A program made the translations under genes and the position numbers. The notes beneath the pieces are model-generated. The model searched no databases. It was not told the origin of the DNA and saw nothing but the letters and a program-made list of their open reading frames with translations. From assembly GCA_047150005.1 (NCBI GenBank), contig AP038806.1:2432001-2496000 (forward strand): a stretch of 64,000 nucleotides of DNA, written 5' to 3'. This stretch comes from Nitrospira sp. (GTDB taxonomy: Bacteria; Nitrospirota; Nitrospiria; Nitrospirales; Nitrospiraceae). This document shows positions 19,375 to 28,770 of the stretch, in pieces. How positions within the stretch are numbered: the first letter of the stretch is position 1; each line of letters opens with the position of its first letter.

Positions 19375-20862
19375 ATGACAACGAAACAATCCGACCGACC
19401 ATCTTTGGCGCACCTATTTCAGCGCGACGGTTTTCACTTGTCGTCGAAGGTCATCGTTAATCGGCAGGTGTTGGTGTGGCTGATGGTCGGTTGTGCTCTG
19501 TACTTCATTGTTGCCCTCATTGAGGTTGGCGGGCAAGTCGTAATAGGTGAGAGCGTCCAATCATCTGTTTACGCGACCGCGCCAGGAGTAATCGTGTATG
19601 AATGGGTCCAGGGTTTAGCATTAGGTTTAGATTTAGACAAGCGGAGCGACTCATGGCTTCCAATGCTGATGGCATACAATGCCTCGATAGAAGACTCCAT
19701 GCGGAGTCTATATGATGTAACGCTTAGGGGGTTGGAAAAGTTTCAGTACCCTCCTTCATCGCTACTTCTTTTCGACCTTATCCCTAAAGAATTGACGAGT
19801 ATCGAAGACGGGAAAATTCATGCAACGCTGAGCTATTACCTTTGGGTCATATCGCTCATCGCGTTTTCTGTCACAATCGGCGCATCATGGCTTCTGCTGG
19901 AAATGCAGTTAGCTAGATTCAGCAATACTCTCTCCTCCTCGCTTATCACACCGTTAGGTGTGTCGAGGGGAATACTCATCATCACCATAAGTTTCTTCTA
20001 CTACCCGCTGCTGAAAGGGCTGGCCCTCGGACAGGCCCAAACTTTTCTCAGTTGCCTGGTCGCAATCTCTATCCTTGCCTTCTTTCTTGGCTGGAAGACC
20101 TGCAGCGGGATTTGTATCGGACTGTGTTGTTTGTTCAAGCCCCAATATGGTTGGCTGCTGGTATGGTCTATTTATCGACGGGAACGATGGTTCACGGTGG
20201 GCTTGGCTACTGTGGTATTGGTGGGTGGGGCGCTATCCGTTGCCCGATACGGACATGCGAATTGGGTTTCATATCTTGAGCTGCTTGGGAGGATCGGCCG
20301 TCAAGGTGAAGCGTTCTGGGCCAATCAGAGCATGAACGGATTGTTGAATAGGTTGCTGGATAATGGTGATCCTTTGCACTTTTTTCATTCCAGTTATGCT
20401 CCATTCCATCCCACAGTGTCCTTCCTGACAATTGCCTGCTCGCTCATTTTGCTCGGGCTTGCTCTAAGGCCATGGTCTTCCGATAGCACAAACTCAGGCC
20501 GGCCGCTCGATCTGATGATCGTCATCGTCGCCGTGACGTTAGCTTCTCCAATCGCTTGGGAACATCACTATGGTGCGTTCCTGCCTATCTTTGCCGCGGC
20601 TCTTGGTAGCATGATCATCATGCGACCGTTTGGCGGCATGACCAGCGCGATCTTTGCTTGTAGCTATGTTGCATGCGCCAGCGTCCTCTTGCGCCCCCGA
20701 CTGTTCTACAAGTTTCCCGTGTTAGGGCTTGCTGGGTCACATATGTTCTTTGGTGGCCTGATCTTATTTGTCATGCTCCTCGTCTTGCGGCAGATGGATA
20801 GTCGTAAAGGCGCCGAAGGGAAAAGATACCCGTCGCAAGGTGTTTCTCTTAAGGCGTCCTGA
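19375..20862 (+). CDS. Polytopic GT-C glycosyltransferase (GT87/DUF2029-like)
   Basis: 'FQYPPSSLLLF', 'LGQ', 'FKPQ', 'NQSMNG', 'SPIAWEHHY'; many TM helices. Confidence 0.8.
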   Translation: MTTKQSDRPSLAHLFQRDGFHLSSKVIVNRQVLVWLMVGCALYFIVALIEVGGQVVIGESVQSSVYATAPGVIVYEWVQGLALGLDLDKRSDSWLPMLMAYNASIEDSMRSLYDVTLRGLEKFQYPPSSLLLFDLIPKELTSIEDGKIHATLSYYLWVISLIAFSVTIGASWLLLEMQLARFSNTLSSSLITPLGVSRGILIITISFFYYPLLKGLALGQAQTFLSCLVAISILAFFLGWKTCSGICIGLCCLFKPQYGWLLVWSIYRRERWFTVGLATVVLVGGALSVARYGHANWVSYLELLGRIGRQGEAFWANQSMNGLLNRLLDNGDPLHFFHSSYAPFHPTVSFLTIACSLILLGLALRPWSSDSTNSGRPLDLMIVIVAVTLASPIAWEHHYGAFLPIFAAALGSMIIMRPFGGMTSAIFACSYVACASVLLRPRLFYKFPVLGLAGSHMFFGGLILFVMLLVLRQMDSRKGAEGKRYPSQGVSLKAS

Positions 20863-20879
20863 TCAGTACATTCCGGTTG

Positions 20880-21054
20880 ACTGAACCTTTGCGCCGGTAC
20901 CGACGCCGCTGGCTCGTCGAACAGTTCTTTGCGTGGCTCCCAATGGAAGCGGCGCTTGCTGATCCGCTGGGAGGACGACGCTGCCAACTTCTGAAGTTGT
21001 GTGCAGCTCGTATCGATCACCACACGACTCAGGCAATTGTGAGATACGTTCTAG
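20880..21054 (+). mobile_element. IS5-family transposase C-terminal remnant with probable right end
   Basis: 'LRRYRRRWLVEQFFAWL', then frameshifted 'QWKRRLLIRWEDDAANF*'. Ends in TGAGATACGTT-CTAG; CTAG is a typical IS5-type target. Confidence 0.75.
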
Positions 21055-21416
21055 AATCCTCCTCCGCCGCCCGTCGGGACGGCGATGTTGAATTCTTGAA
21101 TCGGCGTCACGATCAGCGCGAAGTTGTAGAGTTCATCGGCCGCCACGTCGTGGATGCCGTATTCGTGGTTCCGCAGCATCTTGAACCACTTCCCCATTTC
21201 CTTCCTCACCATCGCTTGATCGCCGCGGACTAGCGCGTCTTTCACGACCGCGAGTTTGCCGAGATACGGTTCCCAGTCGGAAGCCGGATAATTGCTCTTG
21301 TAGAAGCTCACGGAGTTGGTCAGCTCGTCGATCCAGGTCGTTGACACTTCCGCTTGACCTGCCGTCGCGAGCAGGAGCCCGAAACACAACAGCGCACCCC
21401 TCGTCAGGATCTTCAT
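21051..21416 (-). CDS. Exported hypothetical protein
   Basis: RBS AAGGAGA; signal peptide 'AGQA-E'; GC3-biased codons. Confidence 0.75.
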   Translation of the reverse strand: MKILTRGALLCFGLLLATAGQAEVSTTWIDELTNSVSFYKSNYPASDWEPYLGKLAVVKDALVRGDQAMVRKEMGKWFKMLRNHEYGIHDVAADELYNFALIVTPIQEFNIAVPTGGGGGF

Positions 21417-21491
21417 GACGCTCTCCTTTGATGTGCGGCCGGTGCCAATAATCCGCGCCGTCCGTTGCCGACTCGCAGGCTGGCGGATTAG

Positions 21492-21833
21492 CTAGAAAGA
21501 CACGCAGTCATTGCCTGGCGCGCAGTTCGCGAAGCCGGTCTCGTTCCTGGTCGGTCCGGCAAAGGGCTTCGAGTCCGTCGGCTCCGATTGGGCGCCGGCG
21601 TCCGGCGCTCCCATCGGCCTCTCCATCTCCTTGGTCAACTCGCCGGTCTTCGGGTCGATGCGCTGCATCGACAAGCCGTGGTCCGACGCGGACTTCCCGG
21701 AGTCCATCGCCGGGCCGATCGCTTTCTCCATCGGTTCATCCGCCGCGAGGGCGGAGAAACCGATCAATACGACAGCCATGGCGGCCAACCCCATCAACAG
21801 CATCGCATGCCCTATAAGATTATCCCGTCTCAT
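21492..21833 (-). CDS. Exported hypothetical protein
   Basis: RBS AAGGAGG before ATG 21833; signal peptide 'ALA-A'; C-terminal Cys pair. Confidence 0.7.
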   Translation of the reverse strand: MRRDNLIGHAMLLMGLAAMAVVLIGFSALAADEPMEKAIGPAMDSGKSASDHGLSMQRIDPKTGELTKEMERPMGAPDAGAQSEPTDSKPFAGPTRNETGFANCAPGNDCVSF

Positions 21834-21982
21834 CGCGCGACCTCCTTCGTGAAGAGTCCTGCGCCGTGGTCCCTTGATGCGCATGATTCTACGAAGCGGT
21901 CGGACGTCAGACTATCGCCTGAAGGGTGGATTTCATCTACACCGATCAGGTGATTCCGGTTTCGGCCTGCGGTGATGAGCGG

Positions 21983-22621
21983 CTAGCGGGCTCTCAGGTA
22001 GGAGAGAATGGCTTCGACCCGGCCGGTGACGTGAAGCTTTTGATAGATGTGATGGAGGTGGGTCTTGACCGTATCGAGCGACAGGCCCAGACGGTCGGCG
22101 ATCTCCTTGTTGCCTTGTCCAGAGGCGGCGTACGCGAGAATTTCACGTTCGCGTTCGGTGAGGGGGACGAGGCCGGGCGGGGTCCCCGACCCCTGCAAGG
22201 CGGAGACGGCCTGGTGCGCGAATCGATCCGGCATGAACGGCAAGTGGAGACGTTCGCCGCGGTGCGTCGCGCGGATGACCCGCAAAAACTCGGCGTGGTC
22301 GGCATCCTTGAGGATGTAGCCGCAGGCGCCTGCCTGAACCGCGGCTACGATTCTGGCGTCTTCGTCGTGGACCGAGAGCATCAACACCTTGGTGTCGGGC
22401 AGGCAGCCTCGGATCAGGCGCGTCGCCGTCACTCCGTCAAGCCGCGGCATATCCACGTCCATGAGGATCATGTCCGGTCTGAGCCTCATGGCCTGCTCGA
22501 ACGCCTCCCGCCCGTCGGTTGCTTCTCCCACCACCCGGAGATCGCGTTCCCGTTCCAGCAACAGCCGCAGGCTTTGCCTGAACAGACGTTGATCTTCAGC
22601 GATCAGCAGCGTGACCGGCAT
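21983..22621 (-). CDS. NarL/LuxR-family response regulator
   Basis: REC 'IAEDQ...MDVDMP...K' plus HTH 'LTEREREIL....GQGNKEIADRL..S.DTVKTH'. Confidence 0.95.
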   Translation of the reverse strand: MPVTLLIAEDQRLFRQSLRLLLERERDLRVVGEATDGREAFEQAMRLRPDMILMDVDMPRLDGVTATRLIRGCLPDTKVLMLSVHDEDARIVAAVQAGACGYILKDADHAEFLRVIRATHRGERLHLPFMPDRFAHQAVSALQGSGTPPGLVPLTEREREILAYAASGQGNKEIADRLGLSLDTVKTHLHHIYQKLHVTGRVEAILSYLRAR

Positions 22622-24899
22622 AGACGTCCTGCTTCACCGGCAACACCAGGGAAAAGATGGCGCCGCCGCCGCGGCGGTTGTCCGCACTGATGGCGCCGCC
22701 GTGAGCTTCCATGACCAGCCGGCAAAAGTGGAGCCCCAGTCCGCGGCCAGTCCTGGTGTCTCCGGCCTCCTTTTTCCTGAAGAGCAAATCGAACAGGTGA
22801 GGCAGATCCTCCTCGGCGACTCCAGGCCCTTCGTCCATCACCCGGATCGTCACGTACGACGAGCCGGCGCTCTCGCCCGGACAGCGGCTCCCGTGGGGCT
22901 CGTCGCGGACCTGCACGGCAATCGTGCCGCCCGTCGGCGAGAACTTCACGGCGTTGTGAAGGAGATTGATGAGGACGCGCAACAGGCGCCGGCCGTCAGC
23001 GTTCACCTGGATCTCCTCGTGCGCGAGATCGACGAGGAATCGAATGCCCTTCGATTCCGCTTCAATCCGGAAGAGATGCAGCGCTTCGTCCGTCAGTGAC
23101 TTGATCGAGACGGCCGAGGTCAGGAGCGGAAGCGCTGAATAACTGTCCTGGTAGACGTCGAGCATGTCGTTGATCATGCCCAGCAACAGATCGATGGTGA
23201 ACCGCATGTCGTCGCACCAGCGTGGCACGGCGGCGTCCGCGGTTTGTCGGTCCACGAGAAGTTCCAGCGTCTTCTTGATGCCCACGAGCGGATTGCGGAT
23301 GTCGTGCGCGAACATCGAAGCGAAGTGACTCAACGAGGCCAACCGCTCCGACCGGAGTAATTGCTCCTGAAGCTGCTTCTTCTCGGTCAGATCGGTCAAT
23401 TGAACCATGACCGCTTCGACCGCGCCGCTCTTTTCAAGGGGGACGAGATCGACTTCCATGATATAGAAATCCCCGGTCGGCGCCGGCACGGTCATTTCAC
23501 CGGCCACGAATTCTCTTCCGGCCGCGAACGTGTCGGCCAGCATCCGGTGGAGCCGGGGGCGCTCCGCTTCGGCGAACAACGACAGCACCGGCGTGCCGAC
23601 GACATCGGCGGCGTGACGCCACAATTTGATTTCCCCTCGCCGGTTGAGATCCCGAATCCGCCCGTCGGCATCCACGAGCAGCCTGATGTGCAGCGAATGG
23701 TTCCACAACATCCGGTAATGTTCCTCGGACGTGGCGAGTTCTCGATTGGCCCGTTCGAGTTCCTCGACGTATCGTTCTCGTTCGTCCGCGGCTCGCGCCA
23801 GCCGCCGAGCCAACTCGTCGAAGCTTCCGGCGAGCGCGTCGAGTTCCAGGATGCCGAGCGGCTGCGCGGCGGGCGGCGACTTGGGCAACGCGGCCCGGCC
23901 GAACTGTTCCATCCGCGCGACCAGCGTGTCGATCGGCCGCACGATGCGCAAGGCCAGTCGCCACCGGAGGAGCACCACCATCCCGATCGCCAGGACCCCG
24001 AACGATGCCAGCCGGCGCATCAGCTGAGTCAACGGCGCGTAGGTTTCGTTCGGGTCCTGCCGCACGAGGATGTACCAGACCTCGGCCTGCGCGACGCTGG
24101 ATCGGAGGAAGACCGGCGCCACGCCCACGATTCCTCCAGCCTTGCCGTGACTGTCGTCCCGCGCCTCGATCCAGCTCGCCTCGGCAAGAGGTCGCTCGAC
24201 GCTCACCAAAGGACCCTGGTCGCTGCTGGCCGGACGGTGTTGAGCAGGCAGGAGGGTCGGGCAGGCGAGCACCGTGCCGTGATCGTTCAAGAGCATGACA
24301 TGGCCGCTCTCGCCGATGCGGCTGCGCAGGACGGAAGCCAACAGCTGGTCCTTCTGGATCACGACCTTGATGGCGCCGATGACGAGGCCGTCATGGTCGA
24401 AGATCGGTGTCGCCACTTCCCAGTATCCATGGCCGGTCTCGTCGGAATGCAGCCCGCCGGCCCACGTGCGGCGCTGCTCGAAGACGATCGGCCACCAGGG
24501 TTGCTGGTTATAGTGCGTTCTGGTGGTGTCGCTGGTGACTCCGCCCACGGAGCGGCCACTGCGATCCAGTACCGCCATCGAGAAGAAGTAGCGGAGCTGG
24601 CTGTCACGCCATCGTTGAAAGGCCGGTCGGTTGAACGCCGGTCCCGTTCCGGCCTTGACGGCGTCGATCACCTCCGACATCGATCCGAGGCGTTCGATCC
24701 ATTCCACTTCCTTATCGAAAATCAGCCCCACCTTGTCCGCGCTCTGGTGCGCCAACTCCTGAAAGGTGAGACCGACCGTGGTCCGGAGGGAAAGTTTGGC
24801 TTGCCAATACGCGTAGGCCAGTCCGAGCATGCCGGTAAGCAGGCCTATAGACAGGACTGAGAGGGTAACGAGACGTTGAAGACTGACTCGCTTGCTCAT
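22596..24899 (-). CDS. Sensor histidine kinase (Cache-like periplasmic domain, HAMP, PAS)
   Basis: Two TM segments; 'FAHDIRNPL', 'NLLHNAVKF', 'DEGPG', 'GRGLGL'. Start placed at ATG 24899. Confidence 0.92.
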   Translation of the reverse strand: MSKRVSLQRLVTLSVLSIGLLTGMLGLAYAYWQAKLSLRTTVGLTFQELAHQSADKVGLIFDKEVEWIERLGSMSEVIDAVKAGTGPAFNRPAFQRWRDSQLRYFFSMAVLDRSGRSVGGVTSDTTRTHYNQQPWWPIVFEQRRTWAGGLHSDETGHGYWEVATPIFDHDGLVIGAIKVVIQKDQLLASVLRSRIGESGHVMLLNDHGTVLACPTLLPAQHRPASSDQGPLVSVERPLAEASWIEARDDSHGKAGGIVGVAPVFLRSSVAQAEVWYILVRQDPNETYAPLTQLMRRLASFGVLAIGMVVLLRWRLALRIVRPIDTLVARMEQFGRAALPKSPPAAQPLGILELDALAGSFDELARRLARAADERERYVEELERANRELATSEEHYRMLWNHSLHIRLLVDADGRIRDLNRRGEIKLWRHAADVVGTPVLSLFAEAERPRLHRMLADTFAAGREFVAGEMTVPAPTGDFYIMEVDLVPLEKSGAVEAVMVQLTDLTEKKQLQEQLLRSERLASLSHFASMFAHDIRNPLVGIKKTLELLVDRQTADAAVPRWCDDMRFTIDLLLGMINDMLDVYQDSYSALPLLTSAVSIKSLTDEALHLFRIEAESKGIRFLVDLAHEEIQVNADGRRLLRVLINLLHNAVKFSPTGGTIAVQVRDEPHGSRCPGESAGSSYVTIRVMDEGPGVAEEDLPHLFDLLFRKKEAGDTRTGRGLGLHFCRLVMEAHGGAISADNRRGGGAIFSLVLPVKQDVYAGHAADR

Positions 24900-24974
24900 A
24901 TAAGCACAGGAGGGCGAGCATCGGAGCCAGCAGCTACGCGTCAACACACTATCCAACGCCCTCTCAGGGGGATT

Positions 24975-25250
24975 GTCAAGCGCGCCGGCTTCGCCATGCC
25001 CCTGTGGAAACATTACCGGGATTGTCTGCATGGCCGGGATTCAGTCAGGTTGCCTCGGATTGTCGATGAATTAGACCAGGTGTCCATGACCGCGGTCGAC
25101 TCTCAAGCTTGGTTGCCGGCATGGAGAGGTCTGGTCATGAGCCACCCGCTCCGGACCACCGTGGATCCGCGCGTGCTCGCCCTCGGCCTGTGCCATCCGA
25201 GCCGCTGCTGTCACAGCTAGAAAAAATCGTGGAAGCTCGTGTAAATAAAG
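24975..25250 (+). pseudogene. Decayed paralogue of the lipoprotein gene at 26288-26782
   Basis: 'MPLWKHYRDC...AWLPAWRGLVMSHPLRTTVDPRVL/ACAIRAAAVTA' aligns by eye with 'MSLWERYQRC...SWLKGWGRHVKAQPIRTALDPQAVGAACTLRAAAVMA'. Frameshifted, no signal peptide. Confidence 0.7.
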
Positions 25251-25392
25251 GGCGAAGTCGCGGTCAAACCCAAGCACGGGTTTTTCGCCTTCTTCATCTG
25301 GCTTCACTTATGCCTTGAATGTCGATTCCTTCCAGCCCATCATCTCCGAAGAATGTTGAAACAGCTTTTCCACCAAGAGCGTGAGGTGGGCT

Positions 25393-26136
25393 ATGACGTT
25401 GTCGACCAAAGCGGCCATGGGGGCCATCATGATGCTCACCGCAGTAGCAATTGGAGCGGGGATTTCCGTCAAGGCAGAAGAAGGCCGGTTTGGCACCCCC
25501 AAAGGCGAGGAAGGCGTGCGAATTTTCAACGCCACAGAACATCCGTATTACACCGGAGAGTTTCACATCTCCGGCGGCCGCGCGACACTCGTCGGGAGCA
25601 TGCAAGACGTATCACCCTGGGACCACCTCGACTATGGCGGCAAACACCTCAACCCGGTGCAGGGCTCTATCGACCTCACGGTGAATGACCTCACGAACAG
25701 TGGCCAGGTCAAAGCCAAGTTTGTCGAGGGCCCCGACCGCTATCACATTGTCTTTGACCGGTTCAGTGCGAAGGCTCCGTTCCAGAACGGCGGTATTGCG
25801 ACTCGAATTTATGAACATGGCGATTCAGGCAACGGCGATCCCTTGTATCCGAAGACCTGGCTGTACCTTGCCGGCTGGGGAACGGCGACGGTATGGAAAA
25901 ACGATCAACTTCTCCATAAAGACTACGATGCACACTTCATGGTCATGGAACGGTCTCGAGACCCTAAGACACGTGAGGTGCGCTATCCGGTGAAGCGGAC
26001 GCTACCTGGAGGAGAAACCGATCCGGCAGGGATGGAGATCGACCTCTGGGTCCGTTCGAAGGAGTAAAACACCAAAAACTTTCCTCCCTTTGAGACCTTC
26101 GTGCATCTGTACTGGGACGAAGTGACATGGCGGTGA
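25393..26136 (+). pseudogene. Exported hypothetical protein with probable premature TAA at 26065-26067
   Basis: Signal peptide present. The frame continues after TAA as 'NTKNFPPFETFVHLYWDEVTWR*' to 26136. Confidence 0.6.
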
Positions 26137-26253
26137 GATGAACGTCCATCATTTACATGACCAGGAGCATGACGACGGGTACGTCGGCCATCCTCACGAT
26201 TATGCGCCGCTGTCGTCTCTGATCCGAGCAAACTCTCCGCTTCGTTAAAATCC

Positions 26254-26280
26254 TGTAAGAGGATTCTCGGTTGCGCGACT
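26254..26280 (+). promoter_or_regulatory. ECF-type promoter TGTAAG-N16-CGACT (leaderless geometry)
   Basis: Repeated motif; ATG 26288 follows 7 nt after the -10 element, no RBS. Confidence 0.8.
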
Positions 26281-26287
26281 GACGGTC

Positions 26288-26782
26288 ATGCGCTGGACAG
26301 TCGGTCTCCTCACAATCCTACTCACCGGTTGCCAAGGGTTGTCCCTCCTGGAATCACCAACAGAGAGCGATCCGCGCCAGATCATGTCATTGTGGGAGCG
26401 GTATCAGCGTTGCCGGGCATCGACCGATCCTATGGAGCTCGTTCGCATGGCTCAACAGTTCGAGACCGTGATGATCAGCGACGTGGAGCCACCTTCATGG
26501 TTGAAAGGATGGGGGCGGCATGTGAAGGCGCAACCCATCCGCACGGCACTTGATCCGCAGGCTGTCGGGGCGGCCTGCACACTGAGAGCTGCCGCGGTCA
26601 TGGCGCAGATGGCCCGGGCTGCGGACGCTCGCGTCCTCTATGAGCGCGTGCTGATTCGATATTCCGGCCCTGATCAGCGGTACTTCGCCCGTCAAGCCAG
26701 AAAGGCGCTGGACCACCTTTTCGAATCCCGTCCCGCTCTCACCGCTTCCGTCCCTCTCCCCATAAGGCCGTTGGATAAGTAA
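26288..26782 (+). CDS. Hypothetical lipoprotein
   Basis: Lipobox 'LLTGC'. Confidence 0.75.
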   Translation: MRWTVGLLTILLTGCQGLSLLESPTESDPRQIMSLWERYQRCRASTDPMELVRMAQQFETVMISDVEPPSWLKGWGRHVKAQPIRTALDPQAVGAACTLRAAAVMAQMARAADARVLYERVLIRYSGPDQRYFARQARKALDHLFESRPALTASVPLPIRPLDK

Positions 26783-26793
26783 AGAGGTCGCTC

Positions 26794-26820
26794 TGTAAGA
26801 AGCGACCAGATCGCGCGACC
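26794..26820 (+). promoter_or_regulatory. ECF-type promoter TGTAAG-N16-CGACC
   Basis: Repeated motif upstream of the aquaporin. Confidence 0.8.
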
Positions 26821-26840
26821 CATGGCCAAGCCTGGGAGAA

Positions 26841-27656
26841 ATGAGCGAAAAGACATTTGGACCAACGATCGTCATGATTGATACCATGCGGAGGCACTGG
26901 CCCGAATATCTGATGGAGGCCGGCGGGCTCGGTCTCTTCATGATCTCGGCCGTGCTTGTGACCACGTTGCTCGAGTATCCGCTCTCGCCCCTCCACGAGC
27001 TGCTGCCCGATCCGACCATCAGACGGGTCGTGATCGGACTTGGCATGGGGATGACCGCGATCGCGCTCATTTATTCCACGTGGGGCAAGCGGTCCGGAGC
27101 TCATTTGAATCCGGCGGTGACACTCACATTTTTTCGCCTGGGGAAAATCCAGGGAGTCGATGCGGTATGTTACATGGTCGCCCAGTTCGCCGGAGCCGTG
27201 GCAGGGTTGCTCATCGGTGCCGCGGTGATCGGTATGGCGGTCGAACATCCGGCGGTGAATTATGCCGTCACCATACCGGGATCGGCGGGAAATGGCGCGG
27301 CATTTGCCGCTGAAGCGGCGATATCGTTCGGGCTCATGCTCGTCGTACTCATTGCATCGAACCGTGTCGCGCTTAATCCATGGACCGGTGTTTTTGCCGG
27401 CTGCCTGGTCGGGACGTATATCAGTGTCGAAGCGCCGTTATCCGGAATGAGCATGAATCCCGCTCGCTCGTTTGCATCCGCCCTGCCGTCGCACATCTGG
27501 AGAGGTTTCTGGATCTATCTCTCCGCCCCTCTGCTCGGCATGTTGCTCGCCGGGGAGTGTTATGTTCGTCTGTACGGTGTTCGTCGCGTGCTCTGCGCGA
27601 AACTCCACCATCACAACGACAAGCGGTGCATCTTCCGCTGCTGCTACACCCCTTGA
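26841..27656 (+). CDS. MIP/aquaporin family protein with Cys/His-rich C-terminal tail
   Basis: 'SGAHLNPAVT' and 'SMNPARS'; tail 'CAKLHHHNDKRCIFRCC'. Confidence 0.93.
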   Translation: MSEKTFGPTIVMIDTMRRHWPEYLMEAGGLGLFMISAVLVTTLLEYPLSPLHELLPDPTIRRVVIGLGMGMTAIALIYSTWGKRSGAHLNPAVTLTFFRLGKIQGVDAVCYMVAQFAGAVAGLLIGAAVIGMAVEHPAVNYAVTIPGSAGNGAAFAAEAAISFGLMLVVLIASNRVALNPWTGVFAGCLVGTYISVEAPLSGMSMNPARSFASALPSHIWRGFWIYLSAPLLGMLLAGECYVRLYGVRRVLCAKLHHHNDKRCIFRCCYTP

Positions 27657-27718
27657 ACGGCTGTTCAACGTCTCCTTCAATCCGCCCATCAGTAACGAAC
27701 GTTCGCGCGTCGGCCGCT

Positions 27719-27745
27719 TGTAAGGACTCGCTCTCTGGCTCGACG
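27719..27745 (+). promoter_or_regulatory. ECF-type promoter TGTAAG-N16-CGACG
   Basis: Repeated motif upstream of the gene at 27821. Confidence 0.8.
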
Positions 27746-27820
27746 GACAGGCAGATGCGGGAAGCCGGAACGCTGAAGAGAATCAGCACCGCACGGTACC
27801 CACACAACAAGGAGGGCATT

Positions 27821-28270
27821 ATGAGGGCGAAGAGCGCATTCACCATGGGGTTTCTGTCTTGGCTTGCCGTTGCTGGATTGGTTGCGGCGTCGAACGGCTT
27901 TGCCGCCGATGCGCACACCACGGCAAAATTCGAAGGCGTGAAGGCGAACAGCGGCACGGCCACACACGGCCGGTCAGGGAACAGCGACACGTTGACCTGG
28001 TCGGATGATTTCAAAATTCCTGAAACACCGGCGCCGCATTGGCAGGTGGTGGACACGAAAGGCAACGTGTTCCTGCTTCAACGGTTGGCGATTAAAGGCG
28101 ATAAGCAGAACCGCACCATCACGTTGCCGGCCTACGTCCATGACGTGGCCAAGGTTCAGATCTGGTGCGCCTACGCTGAAACGTTGCTGGGAGAAGCGCC
28201 GTTTGCCAAGCCGGTGGTGACGGCGTCCGGCGAGCGCACTCATTCAGACAGTATGGCGATGAGCCGCTGA
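27821..28270 (+). CDS. Exported protein, DM13-like
   Basis: RBS AAGGAGG; signal peptide; 'DDFKIPETPAPHW', 'VQIWCAYAETLLGEA' resemble the DM13 pattern. Confidence 0.65.
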   Translation: MRAKSAFTMGFLSWLAVAGLVAASNGFAADAHTTAKFEGVKANSGTATHGRSGNSDTLTWSDDFKIPETPAPHWQVVDTKGNVFLLQRLAIKGDKQNRTITLPAYVHDVAKVQIWCAYAETLLGEAPFAKPVVTASGERTHSDSMAMSR

Positions 28271-28286
28271 AACACCAAGGGAGCCT

Positions 28287-28321
28287 GGCTGAGGAGGACG
28301 TTCTCGTCATCCTCTTCAGCC
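28287..28321 (+). terminator. Stem-loop after the DM13-like gene
   Basis: GGCTGAGGAGGACG-ttct-CGTCATCCTCTTCAGCC imperfect inverted repeat; weak U-tract. Confidence 0.4.
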
Positions 28322-28354
28322 TTCTCCTACCGAAACCCGGAACATGAGGACGTC

Positions 28355-28743
28355 ATGATGACACCATTCGTGTTGCTCTCGGCCATGCTCATTGCGACGC
28401 TCGGCGCAGTTCCGGCTCAGCCTCAGCTTGTCGAGAAGACCGCGCTCATGCTGGGTGGGGCCAAGCGCATTGCGGCGGCCGCCTCCTTCGTCTGGAGCAC
28501 TTGGATGATACGCAGTTCGCCAATGTGAACGTCGGAATCCATAAGGCCAGAATCGCCGCGATCTACCAGAGACCGAGCAACGTCTTTGAGGAACAGGTCA
28601 GGAACGGACGCGTGTCAGCCTTGGCATTACATGGCGCCGTTGCCCTGCAGGGCGGCGTCCCGATCACCGTCAACGGAAAAGTGATTGGGGCCATCGGCGT
28701 CAGCGATCAGCTATCAGCTCAGCAGGAGCCTGTCCGAAGCTGA
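28355..28743 (+). pseudogene. GlcG/HbpS heme-binding family pseudogene (internal deletion and frameshift)
   Basis: 'MMTPFVLL...LGGAKRIAAAA' joins out of frame to 'LEHLDDTQFANVNVGIHKAR...GGVPITVNGKVIGAIGVS'. The 'IAVVD.GG' segment of the intact neighbour is missing. Confidence 0.8.
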
Positions 28744-28770
28744 CAGCTGATAGCTCAAGGAGGAGATCCC

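Noticed and set aside
23361..24860. 499-aa + strand ORF
   Set aside because: Antisense shadow of the histidine kinase; no recognisable motifs.
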